Shown here piece after piece: positions 14,101-28,200 of a stretch of 64,000 nt of DNA. Source of the stretch: Squalus acanthias (lineage: Eukaryota). The translations under genes were made by a program, and so were the position numbers. The notes below the pieces were generated by a model. It worked only from the letters and a program-made list of their open reading frames with translations, made no database searches and had not been told where the DNA came from. Location: positions 5,580,001 to 5,644,000 of the forward strand of contig JASTWF010000034.1 in assembly GCA_030390025.1 (NCBI GenBank), written 5' to 3'. Each line of letters opens with the position of its first letter. Within the stretch, counting starts at the first letter, position 1.

Positions 14101-15680
14101 TGGGCCTACACCTGACTCTGGTCCCTCAATACACGGTGTGGGCCTACACCTGACTCCAGTCCCTCACTATCCGTCTGAGCCGACACCTGACTCCAGTCCC
14201 TCAATACCCGGTTTGGATCTGCACCTGACACCAGTCCCTCACTAACCAGTCTGGGCCTACACCTGACTCCAATCCCTCACTACCCAGTCTGGGCCTACAC
14301 CTGACTCCAGTCCCTCACCACCTGATCTTGGCCTGCACCCGAATCCAGTCCCTCACTACCCGGTCTGGGTATGCACCTGAATCCTTCCCTCAATAGCTGG
14401 TCTTGGCCTACACCCGACTCCAGTCCCCCACTACCCGGTCTGGGCCCACACCTGACTCCAGTCCCTCATTACCCGGTCTGGGTCTACACCTGACTCCAAT
14501 CCCTCACTACCTGGTCTGGGTCTACACCTGACTCCAGTCTATCACTATCCGGTCTGGGTCTGCACCTGACTCCAGTCCCTCACTACCCGGTCTGGGTATA
14601 CACCTGAATCCAGTTCCTCAATACCTGGTCTGGTCCTGCAGCTGACTTCAGTCCCTCACTGCACGGTCTGGGCCTACATCTGACTCTATTCCCTCTAAAC
14701 CAGGTCTGGCCCTACACCTGACTCCAGTCCCTCACTACCCAGTCTGAGCCTACACCTGACTCCAATCCCTCACTACCCAGTCTGGGCCTACACCTGACTC
14801 CAGTCCCTCACTACCTGGTCTTGGCCTACACCCGATTCCAGTCCCTCACTACCCGGTCTGGGTATGCACCTGATTCCTTCCCTTACTAGCCGGTCTTGGC
14901 CTACACCCGACTCCAGTCCCCCACTACCCGGTCTGGGCCCACACCTGACTCCAGTCCCTCATTACTCGGTCTGGGTCTACACCTGACTCCAGTCCCTCAC
15001 TACCCCCTCTTAGCCTACACCTGACTCCGGTCCCTCACTACCTGGTCTGGGTCTACACCTGACTCCAGTCCCTCACTATCCGGTCTGGGTCTGCACCTGA
15101 CTCCAGTCCCTCACGACCCGGTCTGGGTATACACCTGACTCCAGTCCCTCATTACCAGGTCTGGGCCGACACCTGACTCGAGTCCCTCACTACCCGGTCT
15201 CGGTCTACACCTGACTCCAGTCCCTCACTACCTGGTCTAGGTCTACACATGACTCCAGTCCTTCACTACCCAGGCTGGGTCTAAATCTGACTCCACTCCC
15301 TCACTACCCGGTCTGGGCCACATCTGACTCCACTCCCTCACTACCCGGTCAGGGCCGACATCTGACTCCACTCCCTCAATACCTGGTCTGGTCCTACAGC
15401 TGAATCCAGTCCCTCACTACCTGGTCTGGGTATACACCTGACTCCAGTCCCTCACTACCCGGTCTGGGCCTGCACCTGACTCCGGTCCCTCAATACATGG
15501 TCTGGGTATGCACCTGACTCCAGTCCCTCAATACCTGGTTTGGATCTACACCTGACACCAGTCCCTCACCGCCCGTTCTGGTCCTACACCTAACTCCAGT
15601 CCCTCACTAACTGGTCTGGGCCTATACCTGATTCCAATCCCTCACTACGCAGTCTTGGTATACACCTGACTCCATTCCCT
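11130..15680. repeat. Tandem duplication of a 60-monomer (2,275-bp) unit
   Basis: Marker GGGACCACACC at 11147/13422 and GACTCTATT at 12411/14686, both with offset 2275 (= 60x38 - 5). Confidence 0.92.
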
Positions 15681-18524
15681 CACTACCCGGTCTGGGCCTA
15701 CACCTGACTCCAGTCCCTCATTACCCGGTCTGAGTCTACACCTGACTCCAGTTCCTCACGACCCGGTCTGGGCCTATACCTGACTCCAGCCCCTCTAAAC
15801 CCGGTCTGGGCCTATTTCTGACTCCAGTCCCTCACTACCCATTCTTGGCCTGCACCTGACTGCGGTCCCTCACTACCTGGTCTGGGTCTACACCTGACTC
15901 CAGTCCCTCACTACCCCCTCTTAGCCTACACCTGACTCCGGTCCCTCACTACCTGGTCTGGGTCTACACCTGACTCCGGTCCCTCACTACCCGGTCTGGG
16001 TCTATTCCTCACTCCAGTCCCACACTACTCGGTCTGGGACTATAACTGACTCCAATCTCTCACTACCTGGTCTGTGCCGGCACCTGACTCCAGTCCCTCA
16101 CTTCCCGGTCTGGGTCTATACCTCACTCCAATCCCTCACTACCTGGTCTGGGTATACACCTGACTCCAGTCCCTCACTACCAGGTCTGGTCCTACACCTG
16201 AGTCCGATCCCTCATTACCTGGTCTGGGCCCACACCTGACTCCGGTCCCTCAATACCTGGTCTGGTCCTACACCCGACTCCAGTCCCCCACTACCCGGTC
16301 TGGGCACATACCTGACTCCAGTCCCTCATTACCCGGTCTGGGTATACACCTGAATCCAGGTCCTCAATACCTGGTCTGGTCCTACAGCTGACTTCAGTCC
16401 CTCACTGCACGGTCTGGGATTACATCTGACTCCATTCCCTCTAAACCAGGTCTGGCCCTACACCTGACTCCGGTCCCTCAATACCTGGTCTGGGTCTACA
16501 CCTGACTCCAGTCTCTCACTATCCGGTCTGGGTCTGCACCTGACTCCAATCCCTCACTACCCGGTCTGGGTATACACCTGAATCCAGTTCCTCAATACCT
16601 GGTCTGATCCTACAGCTGACTTCAGTCCTCACTGCACGGTCTGGGCCGACATCTGACTCCATTCCCTCTAAACCAGGTCTGGCCCAACACCTGACTCCAG
16701 TCCCTCACTACCCGGTCTGGGTATACACCTGACTCCAGTCCCTCATTACCAGGTCTGGGCCGACACCTGACTCCTGTCCCTCATTACCAGGTCTGGGTCT
16801 ACACCTGACTCCAGTCCCTCACTACCCGGTCTGGGTCTACACATGACTCCAGTCCTTCACTACCCAGGCTGGGTCTACATCTGACTCCTCTCCCTCACTA
16901 CCCGGTCTGGGCCACATCTGACTCCACTCCCTCGCTACCCGGTCAGGGCCTACATCTGACTCCAGTCCCTCATTACCAGGTCTGTGTCTACACCTGACTC
17001 CAGTCCCTCACTACCCGGTCTGGGCCCACACCAGACTCCGGTCCCTCAAAACCTGGTCTGGTCCTACACCTGACTCCAGTCCCTCACTTCCCGGTCTGGG
17101 TCTGTACCTCACTCCAGTCCCTCACTATCCATCTGAGCCTACACCTGACTCCAGTCCCTCAATACCCGGTTTGGATCTACACCTGACTCCAGTCCCTCAC
17201 GGCCCGTTTTGGGCCTACACCTGACTCCAATCCCTCACTACGCAGTCTTGGTATACACCTGACTCCATTCCCTCACTACCCGGTCTGGGCCTACACCTGA
17301 CTACAGTCCCTCACTACCCGGTCTGGGCCCACACCTGACTCCAGTCCCTCATTACCCGGTCTGAGTCTACACCTGACTCCAGTCCCTCACAACCCAGGCT
17401 GGGTCTACACCTGACTCCAATCCCTCACTACCTGGTCTGGGCCGAAACCTGACTCCAGTCCCTCACTACCCGGTCTGAGTCTACACCTGACTCCAGTCCC
17501 TCACTACCCGGTCTGGGTCTAAACCTGACTCCAGTCCCTCACTACCCAGTCTGGGCCTACAGCTGACTGCAGTCCCTCACTACCCAGTCTGGGCCTATAC
17601 CTGACTCCAGTCCCTCTATACCAGGTCTGGCCCTACACCTGACTCCGGTCACTCACTACCCGGTCTGGGCCGACACCTGACTCCTGTCCCTCATTACCAG
17701 GCTGGGTCTACACCTGACTCCAGTCCCTCACTACCCCCTCTTAGCCTACACCCGACTCCAATCCCTCACTACCTGGTCTGGGCCGAAACCTGACTCCAGT
17801 CCCTCACTACCCGGTCTGAGTCTACACCTGACTCCAGTCCCTCACTACCCGGTCTGGGCCTACACCTGACTCCAGTCCCTCACTACCCAGTCTGGGCCTA
17901 CACCTGACTCCAATCCCTCACTACCCAGTCTGGGCCTACACCTGACTCCAGTCCCTCACCACCTGATCTTGGCCTGCACCCGAATCCAGTCCCTCACTAC
18001 CCGGTCTGGTTATGCACCTGAATCCTTCCCTCAATAGCCGGTCTTGGCCGACACCCGACTCCAGTCCCCCACTACCCGGTCTGGGCCCACACCTGAATCC
18101 AGTCCCTCATTACCCGGTCTGGGTCTACACCTGACTCCAGTCTATCACTATCCGGTCTGGGGCTGCACCTGACTCCAGTCCCTCACTACCCGGTCTGGGT
18201 ATACACCTGAATCCAGTTCCTCAATACCTGGTCTGGTCCTGCAGCTGACTTCAGTCCCTCACTGCACGGTCTGGGCCTACATCTGACTCCATTCCCTCTA
18301 AACCAGGTCTGGCCCTACACCTGACTCAAGTCCCTCACTACCCAGTCTGGGCCTACACCTGACTCCAATCCCTCACTACCCAGTCTGGGCCTACACCTGA
18401 CTCCAGTCCCTCACTACCTGGTCTTGACCTACACCCGAATCCAGTCCCTCACTACCCGGTCTGGGTATGCACCTGATTCCTTCCCTTACTAGCCGGTCTT
18501 GGCCTACACCCGACTCCAGTCCCT

Positions 18525-20800
18525 CACTACCCGGTCTGGGACCACACCTGACTCCAGTCCCTCATTACTCGGTCTGGGTCTACACCTGACTCCAGTCCCT
18601 CACTACCCCCTCTTAGCCTACACCTGACTCCGGTCCCTCACTACCTGGTCTGGGTCTACACCTGACTCCAGTCCCTCACTATCCGGTCTGGGTCTGCACC
18701 TGACTCCAGTCCCTCACTACCCGGTCTGGGTATACACCTGACTCCAGTCCCTCATTACCAGGTCTGGGCCGACACCTGACTCGAGTCCCTCACTACCCGG
18801 TCTCGGTCCACACCTGACTCCAGTCCCTCACGACCCGGTCTGGGTCTACACCTGACTCCAGTCCTTCACTAACCAGGCTGGGTCTACATCTGACTCCACT
18901 CCCTCACTACCCGGTCTGGGCCACATCTGACTCCACTCCCTCACTACCCGGTCAGGGCCGACATCTGACTCCATTCCCTCTATACCAGGTCTGGCCCTAC
19001 ACCTGACTCCAGTCCCTCACTACCTGGTCTGGGTATACACCTGACTCCAGTCCCTCACTACCCGGTCTGGGCCTGCACCTGACTCCGGTCCCTCAATACA
19101 TGGTCTGGGTATACACCAGACTCCGGTCCCTCAATACCTTGTCTGGTCCTACAGCTGACTCCAGTCCCTCACTACCTGGTCTGGGTATACACCTGACTCC
19201 AGTCCCTCACTACCCGGTCTGGGCCTACACCTGACTCTGGTCCCTCAATACACGGTGTGGGCCTACACCTGACTCCAGTCCCTCACTATCCGTCTGAGCC
19301 GACACCTGACTCCAGTCCCTCAATACCCGGTTTGGATCTGCACCTGACACCAGTCCCTCACTAACCAGTCTGGGCCTACACCTGACTCCAATCCCTCACT
19401 ACCCAGTCTGGGCCTACACCTGACTCCAGTCCCTCACCACCTGATCTTGGCCTGCACCCGAATCCAGTCCCTCACTACCCGGTCTGGGTATGCACCTGAA
19501 TCCTTCCCTCAATAGCTGGTCTTGGCCTACACCCGACTCCAGTCCCCCACTACCCGGTCTGGGCCCACACCTGACTCCAGTCCCTCATTACCCGGTCTGG
19601 GTCTACACCTGACTCCAATCCCTCACTACCTGGTCTGGGTCTACACCTGACTCCAGTCTATCACTATCCGGTCTGGGTCTGCACCTGACTCCAGTCCCTC
19701 ACTACCCGGTCTGGGTATACACCTGAATCCAGTTCCTCAATACCTGGTCTGGTCCTGCAGCTGACTTCAGTCCCTCACTGCACGGTCTGGGCCTACATCT
19801 GACTCTATTCCCTCTAAACCAGGTCTGGCCCTACACCTGACTCCAGTCCCTCACTACCCAGTCTGAGCCTACACCTGACTCCAATCCCTCACTACCCAGT
19901 CTGGGCCTACACCTGACTCCAGTCCCTCACTACCTGGTCTTGGCCTACACCCGATTCCAGTCCCTCACTACCCGGTCTGGGTATGCACCTGATTCCTTCC
20001 CTTACTAGCCGGTCTTGGCCTACACCCGACTCCAGTCCCCCACTACCCGGTCTGGGCCCACACCTGACTCCAGTCCCTCATTACTCGGTCTGGGTCTACA
20101 CCTGACTCCAGTCCCTCACTACCCCCTCTTAGCCTACACCTGACTCCGGTCCCTCACTACCTGGTCTGGGTCTACACCTGACTCCAGTCCCTCACTATCC
20201 GGTCTGGGTCTGCACCTGACTCCAGTCCCTCACGACCCGGTCTGGGTATACACCTGACTCCAGTCCCTCATTACCAGGTCTGGGCCGACACCTGACTCGA
20301 GTCCCTCACTACCCGGTCTCGGTCTACACCTGACTCCAGTCCCTCACTACCTGGTCTAGGTCTACACATGACTCCAGTCCTTCACTACCCAGGCTGGGTC
20401 TAAATCTGACTCCACTCCCTCACTACCCGGTCTGGGCCACATCTGACTCCACTCCCTCACTACCCGGTCAGGGCCGACATCTGACTCCACTCCCTCAATA
20501 CCTGGTCTGGTCCTACAGCTGAATCCAGTCCCTCACTACCTGGTCTGGGTATACACCTGACTCCAGTCCCTCACTACCCGGTCTGGGCCTGCACCTGACT
20601 CCGGTCCCTCAATACATGGTCTGGGTATGCACCTGACTCCAGTCCCTCAATACCTGGTTTGGATCTACACCTGACACCAGTCCCTCACCGCCCGTTCTGG
20701 TCCTACACCTAACTCCAGTCCCTCACTAACTGGTCTGGGCCTATACCTGATTCCAATCCCTCACTACGCAGTCTTGGTATACACCTGACTCCATTCCCTC
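18525..20800. repeat. Third, non-adjacent copy of the 60-monomer unit
   Basis: GGGACCACACC at 18541 and GACTCTATT at 19805, offset 5119 from copy 2. Confidence 0.88.
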
Positions 20801-22275
20801 ACTACCCGGTCTGGGCCTACACCTGACTCCAGTCCCTCATTACCCGGTCTGAGTCTACACCTGACTCCAGTTCCTCACTACCCGGTCTGGGCCTATACCT
20901 GACTCCAGCCCCTCTAAACCCGGTCTGGGCCTATTTCTGACTCCAGTCCCTCACTACCCATTCTTGGCCTGCACCTGACTGCGGTCCCTCACTACCTGGT
21001 CTGGGCCTGCACCTGGCTCCAGTACCTCACTATCCGGTCTGGATATACACCTGACTCCGGTCCCTCAATACCTGGTCTGGTCCTACACCTGACTCCAGTC
21101 CCTCTCTACCCAGTCTGGGTATACTCCTGACACCAGTCCCTCACTACCCAGTCTGGGCCTACACCTGAATCCAGTCTCTCACTACCCGGTCTGGGCCTAC
21201 ACCTGACTCCAGTCCCTCACTACCCGGTCTGGGTCTATTCCTCACTCCAGTCCCACACTACTCGGTCTGGGCCTATACCAGACTCCAATCTCTCACTTCC
21301 TGGTCTGTGCCGGCACCTGACTCCAGTCCCTCACTTCCCGGTCTGGGTCTATACCTCATTCCAATCCCTCACTACCTGGTCTGGGTATACACCTGACTCC
21401 AGTCCCTCACTACCAGGTCTGGTCCTACACCTGAGTCCGATCCCTCATTACCTGGTCTGGGCCCACACCGGACTTCAATCCCTCAATACCTGGTCTGGTC
21501 CTACACTCGACTCCAGTCCCCCACTACCCGGTCTGGGCCCACACCTGACTCCAGTCCCTCATTACCCGGTCTGGGTATACACCTGAATCCAGTTCCTCAA
21601 CACCTGGTCTGGTCCTACAGCTGACTTCAGTCCCTCACTGCACGGTCTGGGCCTACATCTGACTCCATTCCCTCTAAACCAGGTCTGACCCTACACCTGA
21701 CTCCAGTCCCTCACTACCCAGTCTGGGTCTACACCTGACTCCAGTCTCTCACTATCCGGTCTGGGTCTGCACCTGACTCCAGTCCCTCACTACCCGGTCT
21801 GGGTATACACCTGAATCCAGTTCCTCAATACCTGGTCTGGTCCTACAGCTGACTTCAGTCTCTCACTGCACGGTCTGGGCCTACATCTGACTCCATTCCC
21901 TCTAAACCAGGTCTGCCCCTACACCTGACTCCAGTCCCTCACTACCCAGTCTGGGCCTACACCTGACTCCAATCCCTCACTACCCAGTCTGGGCCTACAC
22001 CTGACTCCAGTCCCTCACTACCTGGTCTTGGCCTACACCCGAATCCAGTCCCTCACTACCCGGTCTGGGTATGCACCTGATTCCTTCCCTCACTAGCCGG
22101 TCCTGGCCTACACCCGACTCCAGTCCCCCACTACCCGGTCTGGGCCCACACCTGACTCCAGTCCCTCATTACTCGGTCTGGGTCTACACCTGACTCCAGT
22201 CCCTCACTACCCCCTCTTAGCCTACACCTGACTCCGGTCCCTCACTACCTGGTCTGGGTCTACACCTGACTCCGG

Positions 22276-25200
22276 TCCCTCACTACCCGGTCTGGGTCTA
22301 TTCCTCACTCCAGTCCCACACTACTCGGTCTGGGACTATACCTGACTCCAATCTCTCACTACCTGGTCTGTGCCGGCACCTGACTCCAGTCCCTCACTTC
22401 CCGGTCTGGGTCTATACCTCACTCCAATCCCTCACTACCTGGTCTGGGTATACACCTGACTCCAGTCCCTCACTACCAGGTCTGGTCCTACACCTGAGTC
22501 CGATCCCTCATTACCTGGTCTGGGCCCACACCTGACTCCGGTCCCTCAATACCTGGTCTGGTCCTACACCCGACTCCAGTCCCCCACTACCCGGTCTGGG
22601 CACATACCTGACTCCAGTCCCTCATTACCCGGTCTGGGTATACACCTGAATCCAGGTCCTCAATACCTGGTCTGGTCCTACAGCTGACTTCAGTCCCTCA
22701 CTGCACGGTCTGGGATTACATCTGACTCCATTCCCTCTAAACCAGGTCTGGCCCTACACCTGACTCCGGTCCCTCAATACCTGGTCTGGGTCTACACCTG
22801 ACTCCAGTCTCTCACTATCCGGTCTGGGTCTGCACCTGACTCCAATCCCTCACTACCCGGTCTGGGTATACACCTGAATCCAGTTCCTCAATACCTGGTC
22901 TGATCCTACAGCTGACTTCAGTCCCTCACTGCACGGTCTGGGCCGACATCTGACTCCATTCCCTCTAAACCAGGTCTGGCCCTACACCTGACTCCAGTCC
23001 CTCACTACCCGGTCTGGGTATACACCTGACTCCAGTCCCTCATTACCAGGTCTGGGCCGACACCTGACTCCTGTCCCTCATTACCAGGTCTGGGTCTACA
23101 CCTGACTCCAGTCCCTCACTACCCGGTCTGGGTCTACACATGACTCCAGTCCTTCACTACCCAGGCTGGGTCTACATCTGACTCCTCTCCCTCACTACCC
23201 GGTCTGGGCCACATCTGACTCCACTCCCTCGCTACCCGGTCAGGGCCTACATCTGACTCCAGTCCCTCATTACCAGGTCTGTGTCTACACCTGACTCCAG
23301 TCCCTCACTACCCGGTCTGGGCCCACACCAGACTCCGGTCCCTCAAAACCTGGTCTGGTCCTACACCTGACTCCAGTCCCTCACTTCCCGGTCTGGGTCT
23401 GTACCTCACTCCAGTCCCTCACTATCCATCTGAGCCTACACCTGACTCCAGTCCCTCAATACCCGGTTTGGATCTACACCTGACTCCAGTCCCTCACGGC
23501 CCGTTTTGGGCCTACACCTGACTCCAATCCCTCACTACGCAGTCTTGGTATACACCTGACTCCATTCCCTCACTACCCGGTCTGGGCCTACACCTGACTA
23601 CAGTCCCTCACTACCCGGTCTGGGCCCACACCTGACTCCAGTCCCTCATTACCCGGTCTGAGTCTACACCTGACTCCAGTCCCTCACAACCCAGGCTGGG
23701 TCTACACCTGACTCCAATCCCTCACTACCTGGTCTGGGCCGAAACCTGACTCCAGTCCCTCACTACCCGGTCTGAGTCTACACCTGACTCCAGTCCCTCA
23801 CTACCCGGTCTGGGTCTACACCTGACTCCAGTCCCTCACTACCCAGTCTGGGCCTACAGCTGACTGCAGTCCCTCACTACCCAGTCTGGGCCTATACCTG
23901 ACTCCAGTCCCTCTATACCAGGTCTGGCCCTACACCTGACTCCGGTCACTCACTACCCGGTCTGGGCCGACACCTGACTCCTGTCCCTCATTACCAGGCT
24001 GGGTCTACACCTGACTCCAGTCCCTCACTACCCCCTCTTAGCCTACACCCGACTCCAATCCCTCACTACCTGGTCTGGGCCGAAACCTGACTCCAGTCCC
24101 TCACTACCCGGTCTGAGTCTACACCTGACTCCAGTCCCTCACTACCCGGTCTGGGCCTACACCTGACTCCAGTCCCTCACTACCCAGTCTGGGCCTACAC
24201 CTGACTGCAGTCCCTCACTACCCAGTCTGGGCCTATACCTGACTCCAGTCCCTCTATACCAGGTCTGGCCCTACACCTGACTCCGGTCGATCACTACCTT
24301 GTCTGGGCCGAAACCTGACTCCAGTCACTCACTACCCGGTCTGGGCCGACACCTGACTCCTGTCCCTCATTACCAGGTCTGGGTCTACACCTGACTCCAG
24401 TCCCTCACTACCCGGTCTGGGTCTACACATGACTCCAGTCCTTCACTACCCAGGCTGGGTCTACATCTGACTCCACTCCCTCACTACCCGGTCTGGGCCA
24501 CATCTGACTCCACTCCCTCGCTACCCGGTCAGGGCCTACATCTGACTCCATTCCCTCTATACCAGGTCTGGCCCTACACCTGACTCCAGTCCCTCACTAC
24601 CCGGTCTGAGTCTGCACCTGACTCCAGTCCCTCATTACCAGGTCTGGGTCTACACCTGACTCCAGTCCCTCACTACCCGGTCTGGGCCCACACCAGACTC
24701 CGGTCCCTCAAAACCTGGTCTGGTCCTACACCTGACTCCAGTCCTTCACTTCCCGGTCTGGGTCTGTACCTCACTCCAGTCCCTCACTATCCATCTGAGC
24801 CGACACCTGACTCCAGTCCCTCAATACCCGGTTTGGATCTACACCTGACTCCAGTCCCTCACGGCCCGTTCTGGGCCTACACCTGACTCCAATCCCTCAC
24901 TACGCAGTCTTGGTATACACCTGACTCCATTGCCTCACTACCCGGTCTGGGCCTACACCTGACTCCAGTCCCTCACTACCCGGTCTGGGCCCACACCTGA
25001 CTCCAGTCCCTCATTACCTGGTCTGAGTCTACACCTGACTCCAGTCCCTCACAACCCAGGCTGGGTCTACACCTGACTCCAGTCCCTCACTACCCCCTCT
25101 TAGCCTACACCCGACTCCAATCCCTCACTACCTGGTCTGGGCCGAAACCTGACTCCAGTCCCTCAATACCCGGTCTGAGTCTACACCTGACTTCAGTCCC

Positions 25201-28200
25201 TCACTACCCGGTCTGGGCCTACACCTGACTCCAGTCCCTCACTACCCTGTCTGGGCCTACACCTGACTCCAGTCCCTCACTACCCAGTCTGGGCCTATAG
25301 CTGACTCCAGTCCCTCTAAACCCGGTATGGGCCTATTTCTGACTCCAGCCCTCACTACCCGTTCTTGGCCTGCACCTGACTCCGGTCCCCCACTACCTGG
25401 TCTGGGCCTGCAACTGGCTCCAGTACCTCACTATCGGGTCTGGATATACACCTGACTCCGGTCCCTCAATACCTGGTCTGGTCCTACACCTGACTCCTGT
25501 CCCTCACAACCCAGTCTGGGTATACTCCTGACTCCAGTCCCTCACTACCCAGTCTGGGCCTACACCTGAATCCAGTCTCTCACTACTCGGTCTGGGCCTA
25601 CACCTGACTCCAGTCCCTCACTACCCGGTCTGGGTCTATTCCTCACTCCAGTCCCACACTACTCGGTCTGGGCCTATACCTGACTCCAATCTCTCACTAC
25701 CTGGTCTGTGCCGGCACCTGACTCCAGTCCCTCACTTCCCGGTCTGGGTCTATACCTCACTCCAATCCCTCACTACCTGGTCTGGGTATACACCTGACTC
25801 CAGTCCCTCACTACCAGGTCTGGTCCTACACCTAAGTCCGATCCCTCAATACCTGGTCTGGGCCCACACCTGAATCCGGTCCCTCAATACCTGGTCTGGT
25901 CCTACACCCGACTCCAGTCCCCCACTACCCGGTCTGGGCCCACACCTGACTCCAGTCCCTCATTACCCGGTCTGGGTCTACACCTGACTCCTGTCCCTCA
26001 CAACCCAGGCTGGGTCTACACCTGACTCCAGTCCCTCACTACCCCCTCTTAGCCTACACCCGACTCCAATCCCTCACTACCTGGTCTGGGCCGAAACCTG
26101 ACTCCAGCCCCTCTAAACCCGGTCTGGGCCTATTTCTGACTCCAGTCCCTCACTACCCATTCTTGGCCTGCACCTGACTCCGGTCCCTCACTACCTGGTC
26201 TGGGCCTGCACCTGGCTCCAGTACCTCACTATCCGGTCTGGATATACACCTGACTCCGGTCCCTCAATACCTGGTCTGGTCCTACACCTGACTCCAGTCC
26301 CTCTCTACCCAGTCTGGGTATACTCCTGACACCAGTCCCTCACTACCCAGTCTGGGCCTACACCTGAATCCAGTCTCTCACTACCCGGTCTGGGCCTACA
26401 CCTGACTCCAGTCCCTCACTACCCGGTCTGGGTCTATTCCTCACTCCAGTCCCACACTACTCGGTCTGGGCCTATACCAGACTCCAATCTCTCACTTCCT
26501 GGTCTGTGCCGGCAACTGACTCCAGTCCCTCACTTCCCGGTCTGGGTCTATACCTCATTCCAATCCCTCACTACCTGGTCTGGGTATACACCTGACTCCA
26601 GTCCCTCACTACCAGGTCTGGTCCTACACCTGAGTCCGATCCCTCATTACCTGGTCTGGGCCCACACCGGACTTCAATCCCTCAATACCTGGTCTGGTCC
26701 TACACTCGACTCCAGTCCCCCACTACCCGGTCTGGGCCCACACCTGACTCCAGTCCCTCATTACCCGGTCTGGGTATACACCTGAATCCAGTTCCTCAAC
26801 ACCTGGTCTGGTCCTACAGCTGACTTCAGTCCCTCACTGCACGGTCTGGGCCTACATCTGACTCCATTCCCTCTAAACCAGGTCTGACCCTACACCTGAC
26901 TCCAGTCCCTCACTACCCAGTCTGGGTCTACACCTGACTCCAGTCTCTCACTATCCGGTCTGGGTCTGCACCTGACTCCAGTCCCTCACTACCCGGTCTG
27001 GGTATACACCTGAATCCAGTTCCTCAATACCTGGTCTGGTCCTACAGCTGACTTCAGTCTCTCACTGCACGGTCTGGGCCTACATCTGACTCCATTCCCT
27101 CTAAACCAGGTCTGCCCCTACACCTGACTCCAGTCCCTCACTACCCAGTCTGGGCCTACACCTGACTCCAATCCCTCACTACCCAGTCTGGGCCTACACC
27201 TGACTCCAGTCCCTCACTACCTGGTCTTGGCCTACACCCGAATCCAGTCCCTCACTACCCGGTCTGGGTATGCACCTGATTCCTTCCCTCACTAGCCGGT
27301 CCTGGCCTACACCCGACTCCAGTCCCCCACTACCCGGTCTGGGCCCACACCTGACTCCAGTCCCTCATTACTCGGTCTGGGTCTACACCTGACTCCAGTC
27401 CCTCACTACCCCCTCTTAGCCTACACCTGACTCCAGTCCCTCACTACCAGGTCTGGTCCTACACCTAAGTCCGATCCCTCAATACCTGGTCTGGGCCCAC
27501 ACCTGAATCCGGTCCCTCAATACCTGGTCTGGTCCTACACCCGACTCCAGTCCCCCACTACCCGGTCTGGGCCCACACCTGACTCCAGTCCCTCATTACC
27601 CGGTCTGGGTCTACACCTGACTCCTGTCCCTCACAACCCAGGCTGGGTCTACACCTGACTCCAGTCCCTCACTACCCCCTCTTAGCCTACACCCGACTCC
27701 AATCCCTCACTACCTGGTCTGGGCCGAAACCTGACTCCAGCCCCTCTAAACCCGGTCTGGGCCTATTTCTGACGCCAGTCCCTCACTACCCATTCTTGGC
27801 CTGCACCTGACTCCGGTCCCTCACTACCTGGTCTGGGCCTGCACCTGGCTCCAGTACCTCACTATCCGGTCTGGATATACACCTGACTCCGGTCCCTCAA
27901 TACCTGGTCTGGTCCTACACCTGACTCCAGTCCCTCTCTACCCAGTCTGGGTATACTCCTGACACCAGTCCCTCACTACCCAGTCTGGGCCTACACCTGA
28001 ATCCAGTCTCTCACTACCCGGTCTGGGCCTACACCTGACTCCAGTCCCTCACTACCCGGTCTGGGTCTATTCCTCACTCCAGTCCCACACTACTCGGTCT
28101 GGGACTATACCTGACTCCAATCTCTCACTACCTGGTCTGTGCCGGCACCTGACTCCAGTCCCTCACTTCCCGGTCTGGGTCTATACCTCACTCCAATCCC

